From contig JAPPFB010000002.1 in the NCBI GenBank assembly GCA_028875225.1, forward strand, positions 11,182 through 75,181: a stretch of DNA of 64,000 nt, given 5' to 3'. Position 1 is the stretch's first letter. Every line of letters starts with the position of its first letter. This document shows, piece by piece, positions 1 to 9,354 of the stretch. The notes beneath the pieces are model-generated. The model had not been told where the DNA came from. It saw only the letters and a program-made list of their open reading frames with translations, and did no database searches. The DNA is from Chloroflexota bacterium. Lineage in GTDB: Bacteria; Chloroflexota; Dehalococcoidia; Bin125. Both the position numbers and the translations under genes were made by a program.

Positions 1-761
1 TGCATGATCGCGCCGAGGGTCGGGTCGGGCAGTTCGGCGCCGAGACCGAGGAAGTTGAGGGCGGCCATGATCAGGACGGAGGCGACGATCGCGAGCGGGA
101 CCTGAACGGTGAATGCGCCGAACGTGTTGGGCGCGACGTGGCGGAAGAGGATGCGCCGGCCGGAGAGGCCGAGGCAGCGTCCGGCGAGGACGTAGTCGCG
201 TTCACGCTCGCGCAGCACGCCGGCGCGAGCCAGACGGGCCGAGCCGGGAATGTTGAAGAAGGCGATCGCCACGGCGACGCTGAAGATGCCGGAGCCGATG
301 ATGGTAATCAGGAGGATGGCGAAGACGATCCCGGGAAATGCCAGGAGGACGTCGACTCCTCGCATGATCAGGGTGTCGATGCGTCCTCCGCGCCAGCCGG
401 CGGTGTAGCCGATGGTGATGCCGACCAGCCAGCCGACGAAGACGGCGATGAAGCCGTGCTTAATCGTGCGGCCCAGACCGATCGAGTTGCGAGCGAGCAG
501 ATCTCGCGAGATGTGGTCGGTGCCCATTGGCGCGTCCCAGGTGATGCCGCCGTTCTTGGGCGTGTCGCCGGGTTTGTTGGGGTCGGTGGGATCGAGGACT
601 GGGAAGATGAAGGCGAAGAACAACAGAACGACGAGGACGGTGATCGCCAGCGCGCCGCGCGGCTCTCGCATGACGGCGCGCAGCTCGGCGCCGACGCTGC
701 GCAGAAAGTGCCAGCGATCGCTTTCTTCTTCGAAGGGAACGTCTGCGACACGGCCGGACAT
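1..761 (-). CDS. Peptide/nickel ABC transporter permease (OppC/DppC type), 3' end runs off the window
   Basis: Manual translation from ATG at 761: MSGRVADVPFEEE...PMGTDHISRDLLAR...DVLLAFPGIVFAILL...ERERDYVLAGRCLGLSGRRILFRHVAPN. GTD-x-x-x-RD and EAA-loop-like motifs; directly downstream of an OppB-type gene. Not in the ORF track because it is truncated. Confidence 0.9.
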   Translation of the reverse strand, partial: MSGRVADVPFEEESDRWHFLRSVGAELRAVMREPRGALAITVLVVLLFFAFIFPVLDPTDPNKPGDTPKNGGITWDAPMGTDHISRDLLARNSIGLGRTIKHGFIAVFVGWLVGITIGYTAGWRGGRIDTLIMRGVDVLLAFPGIVFAILLITIIGSGIFSVAVAIAFFNIPGSARLARAGVLRERERDYVLAGRCLGLSGRRILFRHVAPNTFGAFTVQVPLAIVASVLIMAALNFLGLGAELPDPTLGAIM

Positions 762-763
762 GG

Positions 764-1729
764 TTATGTCTCCGCGCTCTGACCGATACGGATTCGCGGG
801 TCGAGTCCGACATAGACGAGATCGACGATCAGGTTGACCACGACGAAGACGAAGACGAGCAGGATGGTCGTGGCCTGGATCACGGTGTAATCGCGGTTGT
901 TGACGGCGTTAATCAGGGCTCGGCCGAGTCCTGGCCAGGTGAAGACGGTTTCGATCACCAGGGTTCCGCTGAGGATGCTGGCCAGCTCGAGGCCCATGAT
1001 CGTGACCACGGGAATCAGACTAGGACGCAGGGCGTGGCGGACAATGACGACGCGGTTGGTGAGGCCTTTGGATCGGGCGGTGCGGATGTAGTCCTCGGTC
1101 AGCGTGTCGAGCAGGGATTGCCGGGTGAACCGGCTGATGTTGGCGGCGACGATTCCGCCGAGAGCGAGCGACGGCAGGGCGAGATGTTCGAGCGCCCTGA
1201 GTGGATCTTCAGTGAGCGGGACACGTCCAGAGACGGGGGTGAGGTCGAACCAGACGGAGAAGACGATCAGGTAGACGAGGCCGGCGACAAAGGAAGGAAC
1301 GCCGATGTTCCAGCCGGTCCAGAGGGCAGCGAACCAGTCGAAGAAGCCGCCGCGATTGATTGCGGCGAGCACACCCAATAGCAGGCCCAGGGTGAAGCCG
1401 ATGATGATGGCGAGGCCGGCAAGTTCGACCGAGGCGGGGATCGCGTTCCAGAGGATTTCACTGACCGGGAGCCCGGTCAGCGACATGCCGAGGTCGCCGG
1501 TGAAGATGCGTCCCAGCCAGATCCAGTACTGCTCGTACATCGGTTTGTTGAGGCCGAGTTCTTCTTTGAGCTGTTCGTAGACCTCGGGGTCTGTGTTGCC
1601 CATCGCGTCGCCGATTGCCCCGGCGACGGGGTCGCCGGGGATCAGGCGCACGGAGGCGAAGATCAGGATCGACGCCAGGAAGAGAACCGGGATCATCTGC
1701 GTGATGAGCCGACGAAGTACGTAGGTCAT
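764..1729 (-). CDS. Peptide/nickel ABC transporter permease (OppB/DppB type)
   Basis: PGDP N-terminal motif, GDLGMS, EDYIRTARSKGL EAA loop, IETVFTWPGLG, RDY, LDPRIR C-terminus. Confidence 0.93.
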   Translation of the reverse strand: MTYVLRRLITQMIPVLFLASILIFASVRLIPGDPVAGAIGDAMGNTDPEVYEQLKEELGLNKPMYEQYWIWLGRIFTGDLGMSLTGLPVSEILWNAIPASVELAGLAIIIGFTLGLLLGVLAAINRGGFFDWFAALWTGWNIGVPSFVAGLVYLIVFSVWFDLTPVSGRVPLTEDPLRALEHLALPSLALGGIVAANISRFTRQSLLDTLTEDYIRTARSKGLTNRVVIVRHALRPSLIPVVTIMGLELASILSGTLVIETVFTWPGLGRALINAVNNRDYTVIQATTILLVFVFVVVNLIVDLVYVGLDPRIRIGQSAET

Positions 1730-1816
1730 CGGTCCCCTACGGCGACATGCAATTCCGTTGGCAAAGCCGGCGCGAACGCCTCACCGTTGAAACGTCCGCG
1801 CCCGGCTGTTGGGTCG

Positions 1817-3715
1817 CTACGTCTGTTCGAGCCAGATCGACTGCGGGTTCGGTGTGGTCGGACCCGGATCGGGCACATGAACCCGGTTCGTGTAGAACTC
1901 GGCTCCGCGCTGACGCGCGATGGCCTGGGCGAACATCACCTCGTGGAAGGTGTCGTTGAACGAGCGCCAGTATTCCTCGGTGTCCTCGTGGTTTCCGGTC
2001 TGGACATCGATGATCATGTCGAGCCAGTGGAAGTAGTTGTCCATGTAGGGACGTTCGCGCACCGGGATCGGGTTGCTGGCGTCGCCGCCGCGCTTGGCGT
2101 TGCCTTCGCCGTGCAGGGCGTCCTGCATGACCATGGCGAGCGCCGCCGACTCGGGGCGGATCCAGTTACCGAAACCGATCAGGAAGTTGCCAAAGTCGCC
2201 GGCCTGCTGCTTCTCGATCATGACGTTGTACTCGGTCGGGTCGAGCTCGAGTTCGATGTCGAGGGTCGAGAGTTCGGCCTGCAGCAACTGGGCCAGGGCC
2301 GGTGCGTAGGGGCGAATCGGGAGGGTGCTGGCGGTCAGCACGCTGCCCTCGCCGACGCCGGCGGCGTCGAGCAGCTTGGCGCCCTCGGCCGGGTCGTAGT
2401 TGGGACGGTCCTGGTCTTCGATGTAGCCCTGCGAGCCGCGCTGGAAGAAGAGTCGTCCGGCGTCGTCGTAGGGACCGAAGTAGTCGCGCACGACGCGCTC
2501 CTGGTCAACCATTCGCCAGACGCCGTGGCGGGCGCGCGGGTCGGTCGTCGGTTCGACGTCGATCGCGAAGCGGAAAATCTGTCCGCCCAGGCTCGTCCCG
2601 GCCCAACCCCAGTGCTCGTCGCTGGCGATCAGCCGGTCGATCGTCTCGGGGTTGTTGAACGGGATGCCGTTGTGGGAGTCGATGTCGCCCGCTTCGAGGG
2701 CGATCCCGATCGCGTCGGCGTCGGAGAAGATCGTGTAGGTGATCTCGTCCATGTTGGGCGCGCCCATGTGGCTCTCGGGGAAGGGGACCAGGCGCCAACC
2801 GGTGTTGGGGTCGTAGCTGTCGGTGTCGAAGCGCCAGGGGCCGGTGCCGATCAGCACGGCCTCTTCGTTGCGTGCCATGTCGAGCGCCGGGGCGGTCTCC
2901 GAACCGGCTGTCTCGGGGTGCCCCATGCGGACGTAGGCGGTCAACGCGCCGGTGAAGCCGCGCGGCTCGCCCAGGTTGAGGCGCATGGTGGATTCGTCGA
3001 CGGCCTCGGTTCCGGCAATCACCTTGCCAAGGTTGTAGGCGGGCGAGCCGCCGCCGGAGACGCCCTGGTCGCGAATCGCCTCGTAGCTGTGCGCTGCGTC
3101 GGCGGCGGTGAACGCGCGGCCGTCGTGGAAGACGACATTGGGCTTGATGTTGAAGACCCAGGTCAGGTTGTCCGGGGTTTCCCAGCTCTCGGCGACATCG
3201 GGCTTGATTTCCCAGTCGGGGTTGGCGTACTCCCAGAAGCGGTTGGCGGTCTCGTCGAGCTGGACGCCGCCGTACTGCGTGAGGCAGTTGTACATGTAGC
3301 CGGTGGGGTCGATGGTGCCGTTGTTGCCGGCCGAGTTCCAGGGGAAGCGGATCAGCGTGAGCTGCGATGCCGCGGCGCGCTTGAAGACGCCGCCGGTCTG
3401 GATCGTGTTGCCCTGGCTGTCGACCATCGCCTGGTCCTGCGCCTGGGCCACAGCGGCTTGCTGCTGCTGTTGCTGCTGAGCGGCGGGTTCTTCCTGCTGC
3501 TCCTGCTGCATGGCCTGCTGTTCGGCCTGCTGCTCCATCGCCTGCTGCTGTTGCTGCTGGACCTGTGCGGCTGCCTGCTGGTCGTCGTCGTCATCGTCGC
3601 CGCAGCCGACCAGCGCGAGCCCGGCCGCGCCGACTCCGGCGCGTGCGCTCGCCCGCAGAAGCGATCGACGGCTCATCCGCGACCGCTTCATCCTTGACCA
3701 GTAGTTCCGTTCCAT
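1817..3715 (-). CDS. Peptide ABC substrate-binding lipoprotein (family 5) with Tat signal and Gln-rich linker
   Basis: Start moved to ATG 3715 (AGGAG upstream). SRRSLL twin-Arg motif, LALVGC lipobox, D/Q-rich stretch, PDVAESWE, FHDG, IGTGPW, YDPAEGAKLL. Confidence 0.88.
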   Translation of the reverse strand: MERNYWSRMKRSRMSRRSLLRASARAGVGAAGLALVGCGDDDDDDQQAAAQVQQQQQQAMEQQAEQQAMQQEQQEEPAAQQQQQQQAAVAQAQDQAMVDSQGNTIQTGGVFKRAAASQLTLIRFPWNSAGNNGTIDPTGYMYNCLTQYGGVQLDETANRFWEYANPDWEIKPDVAESWETPDNLTWVFNIKPNVVFHDGRAFTAADAAHSYEAIRDQGVSGGGSPAYNLGKVIAGTEAVDESTMRLNLGEPRGFTGALTAYVRMGHPETAGSETAPALDMARNEEAVLIGTGPWRFDTDSYDPNTGWRLVPFPESHMGAPNMDEITYTIFSDADAIGIALEAGDIDSHNGIPFNNPETIDRLIASDEHWGWAGTSLGGQIFRFAIDVEPTTDPRARHGVWRMVDQERVVRDYFGPYDDAGRLFFQRGSQGYIEDQDRPNYDPAEGAKLLDAAGVGEGSVLTASTLPIRPYAPALAQLLQAELSTLDIELELDPTEYNVMIEKQQAGDFGNFLIGFGNWIRPESAALAMVMQDALHGEGNAKRGGDASNPIPVRERPYMDNYFHWLDMIIDVQTGNHEDTEEYWRSFNDTFHEVMFAQAIARQRGAEFYTNRVHVPDPGPTTPNPQSIWLEQT

Positions 3716-3792
3716 ATCGCTCTCGCTCCTATCTGATCGGTCAGGACCGGCCTGCCAATCTTGAGATACCTGACCACAATAGCAGCGATTGA

Positions 3793-5484
3793 TCACCGGC
3801 CATGACAGCGCTTGAACTTCTTGCCCGAGCCGCAGGGACAGGGATCGTTGCGTCCCGCGGTGCGCGTCGCAACATCGATCAGGCCAGCATTGATCAGGGG
3901 CGGAAGATCGCGCTCCATGATCCTGGTCAGCCCCTGTTCGCCGCGCAGATTGTGTTGTCGGTTGACCGTTGCGACGATGTCGCCCAGCGAAGTTCGGCCG
4001 TTCATCTGGCCGATGCAGGCCGCCATGACGGCCGTGATGGGATACGGGTCTGAGCGTTGTTCGCCCGAATCGACCACGAGCTGGAAGGCCTGCTGGAAGT
4101 TGGCGCCGGCCAGGGCGCGGCGTTGCTCCAGCCTGACGTGGGCGGGCAATGACGGGACCGCGCGCAGCAGAGCGCCGGGCTCGGCGGTGATCGCTTCGGT
4201 CTCGCGGCGGCGTCGCTCGGCGCGGTCGTCGCGCCGACGCACTTCCGACTCAATCTCGGGCGGGAGTTCGCCATGTTCGATGACGGCGCGCTCGTATCCC
4301 GTCGGCGGCTGTCCACTGACGACGCGCACGAACGCTTCGCGTGGCGTGGAGTCGTCATCGCCGAGGATGCGGCGCGCTTCCCAGAAGTAGGAGTCGGCGC
4401 TGCGATTAGTCCCGTAGAAGAGCTGGGCCGTGAGATGGAAGTAGTCGTACTGCTTGCGATAGAGCGACTCGTACAGCTGCGCCGCCTGATCTCTGGTCTC
4501 CGGCTCCTCCAGAGCCGACTGCACGTAGTTGGCGGCCAATGTGGCGCTGCCCAGGGCCAGGTGCACGCCGGAGGAGAAGAGCGGATCGACGAAGCAGGCC
4601 GCGTCGCCAACCAGCACGTAGCCGTCGCCGGCGAACCGCGTTGAGGTGTAGGACCAGTCACGCTCGACTCCGGGATCGTCCACCAGTGTCGCTTCGCGAA
4701 GCAGCTCTCTGGTATGGGGAGCCAGTTCGACCTGGGCCTCGAGGAATCCTCTGGGGCCGAGCTCACGCAGGCCCCGCTGGCCAATCTCCTTGTCGACCAC
4801 CGCGCCGACGCTGGTGACGCCGGTGTGCAGCGGGATCTTCCAGAGCCAGCCGTGTTCGTAGGACTCGATGAAGATGTTGCCGTTGTTGGGCGGATCGAGA
4901 TGCGCAGCGTTCTCGTAGTAGCCGTAGACGGCGAGATTCTTGAAGTGTTCGTCCCACTGGTGCAGATCCAGCTTGCGGCTGAGCAGCGCGGTTTGCCCGC
5001 TGGCGTCGACGAGGAATCGGCAGGCGATCTGGCTTGCCTGACCGTCGGCCATGTACTTGACGCCGGTGACCCGCTCACCGTCGAGTTCAATGTCGAGCAC
5101 CTGGTGTTCTTCGCGGACGTCGACGCCATGCGCAGCGGCGTTCTTGAGCAGGATGTGGTCGAACTCGGAGCGGACGACCTGGAAGGAGGTCGGGCGTTGG
5201 CCCGGATCGTCGGCGAAGTACCAGCTCCAGGGCTCGGGATCCTTGCCCCAGACGAGGGTGGCGCCGCGCTTGACGACGAACCCGGCCGACTCGATCGCCG
5301 GCATCACGCCAATCTGTTCGAGCACCGGGATGCTGGCTGGCAGGAGCGACTCGCCGACGTGTTCGCGGGGGAACTTCGCGCGTTCCAGCAGCACCACCTG
5401 GTAACCCCGATCGGCAAGCAACGTGGCGCAGGCAGAGCCGCCCGGTCCGCCGCCGATCACGACGATGTCGCAGGATTCCGTCAT
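3793..5484 (-). CDS. Flavin-dependent halogenase (CmlS/CndH-like) with C-terminal winged-helix-like region and SEC-C zinc motif
   Basis: GGGPGG FAD motif, FPREHVGES, Lys72 in VKRG, WLWKIP (WxWxIP), DWSY, GDAACFVDPLFSSGVHLA, SYFWEARR; ends GRNDPCPCGSGKKFKRCHG. Confidence 0.85.
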   Translation of the reverse strand: MTESCDIVVIGGGPGGSACATLLADRGYQVVLLERAKFPREHVGESLLPASIPVLEQIGVMPAIESAGFVVKRGATLVWGKDPEPWSWYFADDPGQRPTSFQVVRSEFDHILLKNAAAHGVDVREEHQVLDIELDGERVTGVKYMADGQASQIACRFLVDASGQTALLSRKLDLHQWDEHFKNLAVYGYYENAAHLDPPNNGNIFIESYEHGWLWKIPLHTGVTSVGAVVDKEIGQRGLRELGPRGFLEAQVELAPHTRELLREATLVDDPGVERDWSYTSTRFAGDGYVLVGDAACFVDPLFSSGVHLALGSATLAANYVQSALEEPETRDQAAQLYESLYRKQYDYFHLTAQLFYGTNRSADSYFWEARRILGDDDSTPREAFVRVVSGQPPTGYERAVIEHGELPPEIESEVRRRDDRAERRRRETEAITAEPGALLRAVPSLPAHVRLEQRRALAGANFQQAFQLVVDSGEQRSDPYPITAVMAACIGQMNGRTSLGDIVATVNRQHNLRGEQGLTRIMERDLPPLINAGLIDVATRTAGRNDPCPCGSGKKFKRCHGR

Positions 5485-5550
5485 ACCGGCTCCATGCGCT
5501 GAGACTACTCTGCGCCCGAACGAGCGTCAGCCGAACGAGGAGGTCAGGAC

Positions 5551-6222
5551 ATGGAACTGTACGAACACCGCGTGACGATGGTCGAGCCGAAGCGGTTCCC
5601 GGAGTACCGCGACCTGTATCTGAACGAGACCTGGCCGCGACTGGTCGAGGCGGGGATTCGGCCACTCTGTCTCCTCAATCCTGCGATCGGCGGCACGCCG
5701 GAAGAGGTGCATACGTTCGTCGGTTGCCCGAGTTGGGACGACTGGCGCCGGGGCCAGGAGATCCTGGTTGGGATCGGCGACGACGCGTACCGCAGAGTCC
5801 GGCGGGAACTGATCGTGAACGAGACGGCGCGGCCGAAGATCCCGTATTCGGGCCGGCCACTGGCGGTGACGCCCGATTCCGATCGGCGAGCGGTGTACGG
5901 CTTGAGGCGGTGGACGATTGATCCCGACACCTGGGAACGGTTCTCGGAGCTAACCGAGTTCGGCGTCTGGCCGGCGATGGACGCGATGGGACACCGCGTG
6001 CTGGGCAACTTCCATGACGCCGTGCTCAGCGACGACATGGAAGTGACGAACCTGGCCGGCTATCACAGCGTCGGCAACTGGCACGAGACAAGAACGCCGC
6101 AGGCGCCGGGTTCCGGAGTGTCGGAGGAACTGCTGAAGCTGTTCCAGGAGAGTGTCCGTGAGCGGCACTCATTGACTCGGCATACCTGGGTGCAGGTGAT
6201 GAACGCTCATTGGCCTGACTAG
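5551..6222 (+). CDS. Tandem NIPSNAP-like (dimeric alpha/beta barrel) protein
   Basis: GAGGAGG RBS; two similar halves LYEHRVTMVEP... and VYGLRRWTIDP... typical of NIPSNAP repeats. Confidence 0.65.
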   Translation: MELYEHRVTMVEPKRFPEYRDLYLNETWPRLVEAGIRPLCLLNPAIGGTPEEVHTFVGCPSWDDWRRGQEILVGIGDDAYRRVRRELIVNETARPKIPYSGRPLAVTPDSDRRAVYGLRRWTIDPDTWERFSELTEFGVWPAMDAMGHRVLGNFHDAVLSDDMEVTNLAGYHSVGNWHETRTPQAPGSGVSEELLKLFQESVRERHSLTRHTWVQVMNAHWPD

Positions 6223-6257
6223 TTACTTCACCCTGTCGAATGCACCATTGGGAATTT

Positions 6258-6363
6258 CCTCCCCCTGCAGGGGGAGGTGTCACGAAGTGACGGAGGGGCT
6301 CCTTCGAGCGCGGAGCCCCCCTCTGTCACTTCGTGACATCTCCCCCCGCTTCGCGGGGGGAGA
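6258..6363. repeat. REP-like palindrome family B, inverted doublet
   Basis: CCTCCCCCTGCAGGGGGAGGTGTCACGAAGTGACGGAGGGG followed by an inverted copy CCCCCCTCTGTCACTTCGTGACATCTCCCCCCGCTTCGCGGGGGGAGA, between convergent genes. Confidence 0.85.
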
Positions 6364-6392
6364 AAAGAGGGACGGGCGGGAACGGAACTGGT

Positions 6393-7208
6393 TTAGCTCG
6401 GATCGGCGTTCCACCGATACGCCCGACGGGCGTTTTCGACGAAGAAGTCTTCCACGACGGTCTCCCTCAACTGGAGGGCGTCGATCTCGTCGCGAGCCCT
6501 CGGCCAGGGGATGGTTGGGTACTCGGTGCCGAACATCATCCTCTGTCGGCCGCGCGTGTTGATGAACTGGACGAAGCTGGACGGCCAGTACTTGGGCGCG
6601 ACCGAGGTACAGGACATGTAGACGTGGTCCCAGTGGGCGATGGTGGAGATCGCTTCCTCGGTCCATGGCTGGCCGCAGTGGGTCATGATCAACCGCAGCT
6701 CAGGGAAGTGGTAGGCGACCTCGTCGTAGAAGAGCGGGTTCTGGACCCAGCCGGGTCGGCGCGGGCCGGGCATGCCGGCGTTCATCGAGACGGCGATTTC
6801 GAGCTCGAGCGCTTTGACGTAGAAGGGCCAGTAGACGCGGTCGGTGGGCGGCAGCTCGTAGCGGAAGGGCGGGATGCGGAGGCAACGGACACCGTAGCGC
6901 TCGTAGTAGTCGACGACCTTGCGGATCTCGTCGTATCCGTTGAGCGGATTGACGATCATCCCAGGCAGGATCTTGTCGGGGAACTGCCTGTGCGCGTCGC
7001 CGACCCACTCGGCGTGTTCGGGCTGCATAATCGAGACGACGCCGGCTCCGATGTCGGACTGGTCGAGCACTTCGAGAAGTTGCTCCGGCGTCTCAATGGC
7101 TCCTCGGCCCTCGATGTCCTTGAACAGGTAGCTCAGGGCGTTGTCGACGGAGGGATCGAGGAAGGCCGAGTTGATCAGCGAGTCGATGGCGCGGATGCGG
7201 TCGACCAT
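6393..7208 (-). CDS. Amidohydrolase family 2 protein
   Basis: AIDS N-terminus, YWPFYVKALEL, FPELRLIMTHCGQPW, MMFGTEYP, NARR. Confidence 0.8.
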   Translation of the reverse strand: MVDRIRAIDSLINSAFLDPSVDNALSYLFKDIEGRGAIETPEQLLEVLDQSDIGAGVVSIMQPEHAEWVGDAHRQFPDKILPGMIVNPLNGYDEIRKVVDYYERYGVRCLRIPPFRYELPPTDRVYWPFYVKALELEIAVSMNAGMPGPRRPGWVQNPLFYDEVAYHFPELRLIMTHCGQPWTEEAISTIAHWDHVYMSCTSVAPKYWPSSFVQFINTRGRQRMMFGTEYPTIPWPRARDEIDALQLRETVVEDFFVENARRAYRWNADPS

Positions 7209-7220
7209 GATGAGTGGAGC

Positions 7221-8210
7221 CTAGATCTGGCCGCGCGGCGTCATCCCGGCCGCCCGGTAGACGTTGTCGATCACGCGCATGCTGACGACGCCATCCTCCG
7301 CGTCGGTCGGCATGGGTTTGACGCCTTCAATGGCATCGATAAAGGCCTGGAGCTGGTAGTCAAATGTCGACCGTTTGGTCAGCGTCTCGCGGCGTGTGCC
7401 CCATGAGGTTGTGAGTTCGATGACGTGCGGCTCGCGATGAGGCACCAGTGGGTTGACCACCTTCAATCGCCCTCGATCGCCAAAGACGTTGACGACAGAC
7501 GACCATCCGCCGACTGCATTCATCCGCGACCAGATGCGGGCGGGGACGCCGCCGGGGAACAGCAGTTCGGCTTCCATCTCGATGTCGATGTGCTCGTGGA
7601 CGGTGGCGGCGCGAGCCGAGACGACCTCAGGCTCGGCGCCGAAGCTGTGGCGGAGGTAGTGCAGCGGATAGCAGCCGAGATCCATGGTCGAACCGCCGCC
7701 GAGTTCGATCCGGTAGCGAATCTGATCGGGCGTTTCTTCGACGATGTTCTGGAAGTGGGCGTCGGCGAAGCGGATCTGTCCGAGGATGCCGCTCTGCACA
7801 ATCTCCCGCATGCGGCGCGAGACCGGGTGGTAGTAGTAATGAAATGCCTCGACGCAGACGAGATCGGTCGCGCGGGCGCAGTCGGCCATTTCCCGCGCTT
7901 CGGCCTCGTTCATTGCGAAGGGCTTCTCGCAGAGCACGTGTTTGCCGGCGTTCAGAGCCTTGATCGTCCACTCGTGGTGACCGCTGATCGCGAGCGGGTT
8001 GTAGACGGCGTCGACGTTCGGATCAGCAACGACCTGTTCGTAGGTGTCGTGGAGCGTGGCAATGCCCGCTCGGGCGGCGAAGACTTCGGCGCGGTCGCGA
8101 TCGCGCGCGGCCATGCAGACGATCTCGACATCGTCGAAGACCTGGACAGGCTTGACGATTGCCCGTGGGGCAATCGCGGCTGCTCCGAGGAGTCCGAGTC
8201 GGAGGGTCAT
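7221..8210 (-). CDS. Gfo/Idh/MocA family oxidoreductase
   Basis: GLLGAAAIA Rossmann motif, AGKHVLCEKP, GGGSTMDLGCY. Confidence 0.9.
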   Translation of the reverse strand: MTLRLGLLGAAAIAPRAIVKPVQVFDDVEIVCMAARDRDRAEVFAARAGIATLHDTYEQVVADPNVDAVYNPLAISGHHEWTIKALNAGKHVLCEKPFAMNEAEAREMADCARATDLVCVEAFHYYYHPVSRRMREIVQSGILGQIRFADAHFQNIVEETPDQIRYRIELGGGSTMDLGCYPLHYLRHSFGAEPEVVSARAATVHEHIDIEMEAELLFPGGVPARIWSRMNAVGGWSSVVNVFGDRGRLKVVNPLVPHREPHVIELTTSWGTRRETLTKRSTFDYQLQAFIDAIEGVKPMPTDAEDGVVSMRVIDNVYRAAGMTPRGQI

Positions 8211-8247
8211 GGACGATCCATTGTGCGCAGGGATGTGCGAAGCGGGA

Positions 8248-8286
8248 CCCCCTTAGCCTTCGGCAGCTCCCCCTGCAAGGGGGAGC
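8248..8286. repeat. REP-like palindrome family B
   Basis: CCCCCTTAGCCTTCGGCAGCTCCCCCTGCAAGGGGGAGC, with the same two-hairpin layout as other copies. Confidence 0.75.
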
Positions 8287-8318
8287 GCAGAAGAGGAGCC
8301 AGGAGGCTGAATCCTTCG

Positions 8319-9335
8319 CTATGCGTTGAACTGCGGGACCAGGTAGTCGTGATCCTTGTGATAGACCTGCACCCGGCCTCGGCCGCCGTCGCTGATCGCG
8401 ATTCGGTCCTGACCGTCGATCGCGATGCCTCTCGGACGGTCGAAGATGCCGAACTTGATCAGCTCGACCGGATTGACGCGGCGGAAGGCCTGCGCGTACT
8501 CCATGTTGACCTCCATGACCTGCTGAGCGGCCTTGGAGAACTCGTGCGCGTCGCCCTGAAGACTGCAGATGATGTCGCCGTCGGGGTAGTAGATCTGCAC
8601 CCGGCGGTTGCCCCAGTCGCAGACGTAGACGTCGCCGACACTGTCGACGGCGACATCGGCGGGACGCTTGAGGCTGCCGCCGTCGTCGAACTCCTCGTAC
8701 TGGGAGCCGAAGCGGACCAGGAACTCGCCGTCGGGCGCGAACTTCTGCACGCGGTCGTTGCCCCAGTCGGCGAGGTAGAGGTCGCCGTCGTTGTCGAACG
8801 AGATGCCCCAGGGATGGTTGAGTTGGCCCTCGTCCGAGCCCTGCGTGCCCCAGGCGCCGAGGAACTCGCCGTCCTTGGTGAACTGCTGGACGCGGTGGTT
8901 GAGGCTGTCGACCACATGCAGGTTGTCGTCGGCGTCGAACGCGATCCCGGATGGCCGGTTGAACTGCCCGTTGCCGTCGCCGAACTCACCCCAGTCGCCG
9001 ATCGGCGCGCCTTCGGCGTCATAGCCGAAGATTCGGTGGTGGAAGGCGTCGGCGCACCAGACGGAACCGTCGCGGGCGAGCGCGAGGCCCTCGGGCCACT
9101 TGAGATCGCCGGCACCCATCTCGCCGAGGAATTCATCCTCGATCCGGTGCTTGTAGATCTTGGAGCCGAGACCGCCCGCGCCCGAATACTCGGCCAGGCC
9201 GATGTCGGCGACGTACATGGTGCCGGCGGGCGTCATCGCGATTGGCGTCGGATACGTATAGCCCTGCGGACCGACAAAGTGTCCGATCGAATGGTCGAAA
9301 TGCCAGGTGCGCCCGGCGACGGTGGTGGTCAGCAT
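8319..9335 (-). CDS. NHL-repeat beta-propeller protein
   Basis: Repeated G-x-G-x-GQF-N-x-P-x-GIA-x-D...VxDxxNxRVQxF units; ATG at 9335 preceded by GGGAGA; no signal peptide. Confidence 0.88.
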   Translation of the reverse strand: MLTTTVAGRTWHFDHSIGHFVGPQGYTYPTPIAMTPAGTMYVADIGLAEYSGAGGLGSKIYKHRIEDEFLGEMGAGDLKWPEGLALARDGSVWCADAFHHRIFGYDAEGAPIGDWGEFGDGNGQFNRPSGIAFDADDNLHVVDSLNHRVQQFTKDGEFLGAWGTQGSDEGQLNHPWGISFDNDGDLYLADWGNDRVQKFAPDGEFLVRFGSQYEEFDDGGSLKRPADVAVDSVGDVYVCDWGNRRVQIYYPDGDIICSLQGDAHEFSKAAQQVMEVNMEYAQAFRRVNPVELIKFGIFDRPRGIAIDGQDRIAISDGGRGRVQVYHKDHDYLVPQFNA

Positions 9336-9354
9336 GGCGTTGTCTCCCAACAGA

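Noticed and set aside
1787-3697. Long antisense or alternative-frame ORFs (e.g. 1787..3697 +, 7425..9386 +, 10396..11955 +, 26439..28250 +, 28665..31184 -, 53705..55336 -)
   Set aside because: Shadow ORFs expected opposite real genes in high-GC DNA; they have no recognisable motifs.
3716-3792. RiPP precursor peptide next to the halogenase
   Set aside because: No credible small ORF with RBS and leader/core structure was found adjacent; flanking gaps are under 80 bp.
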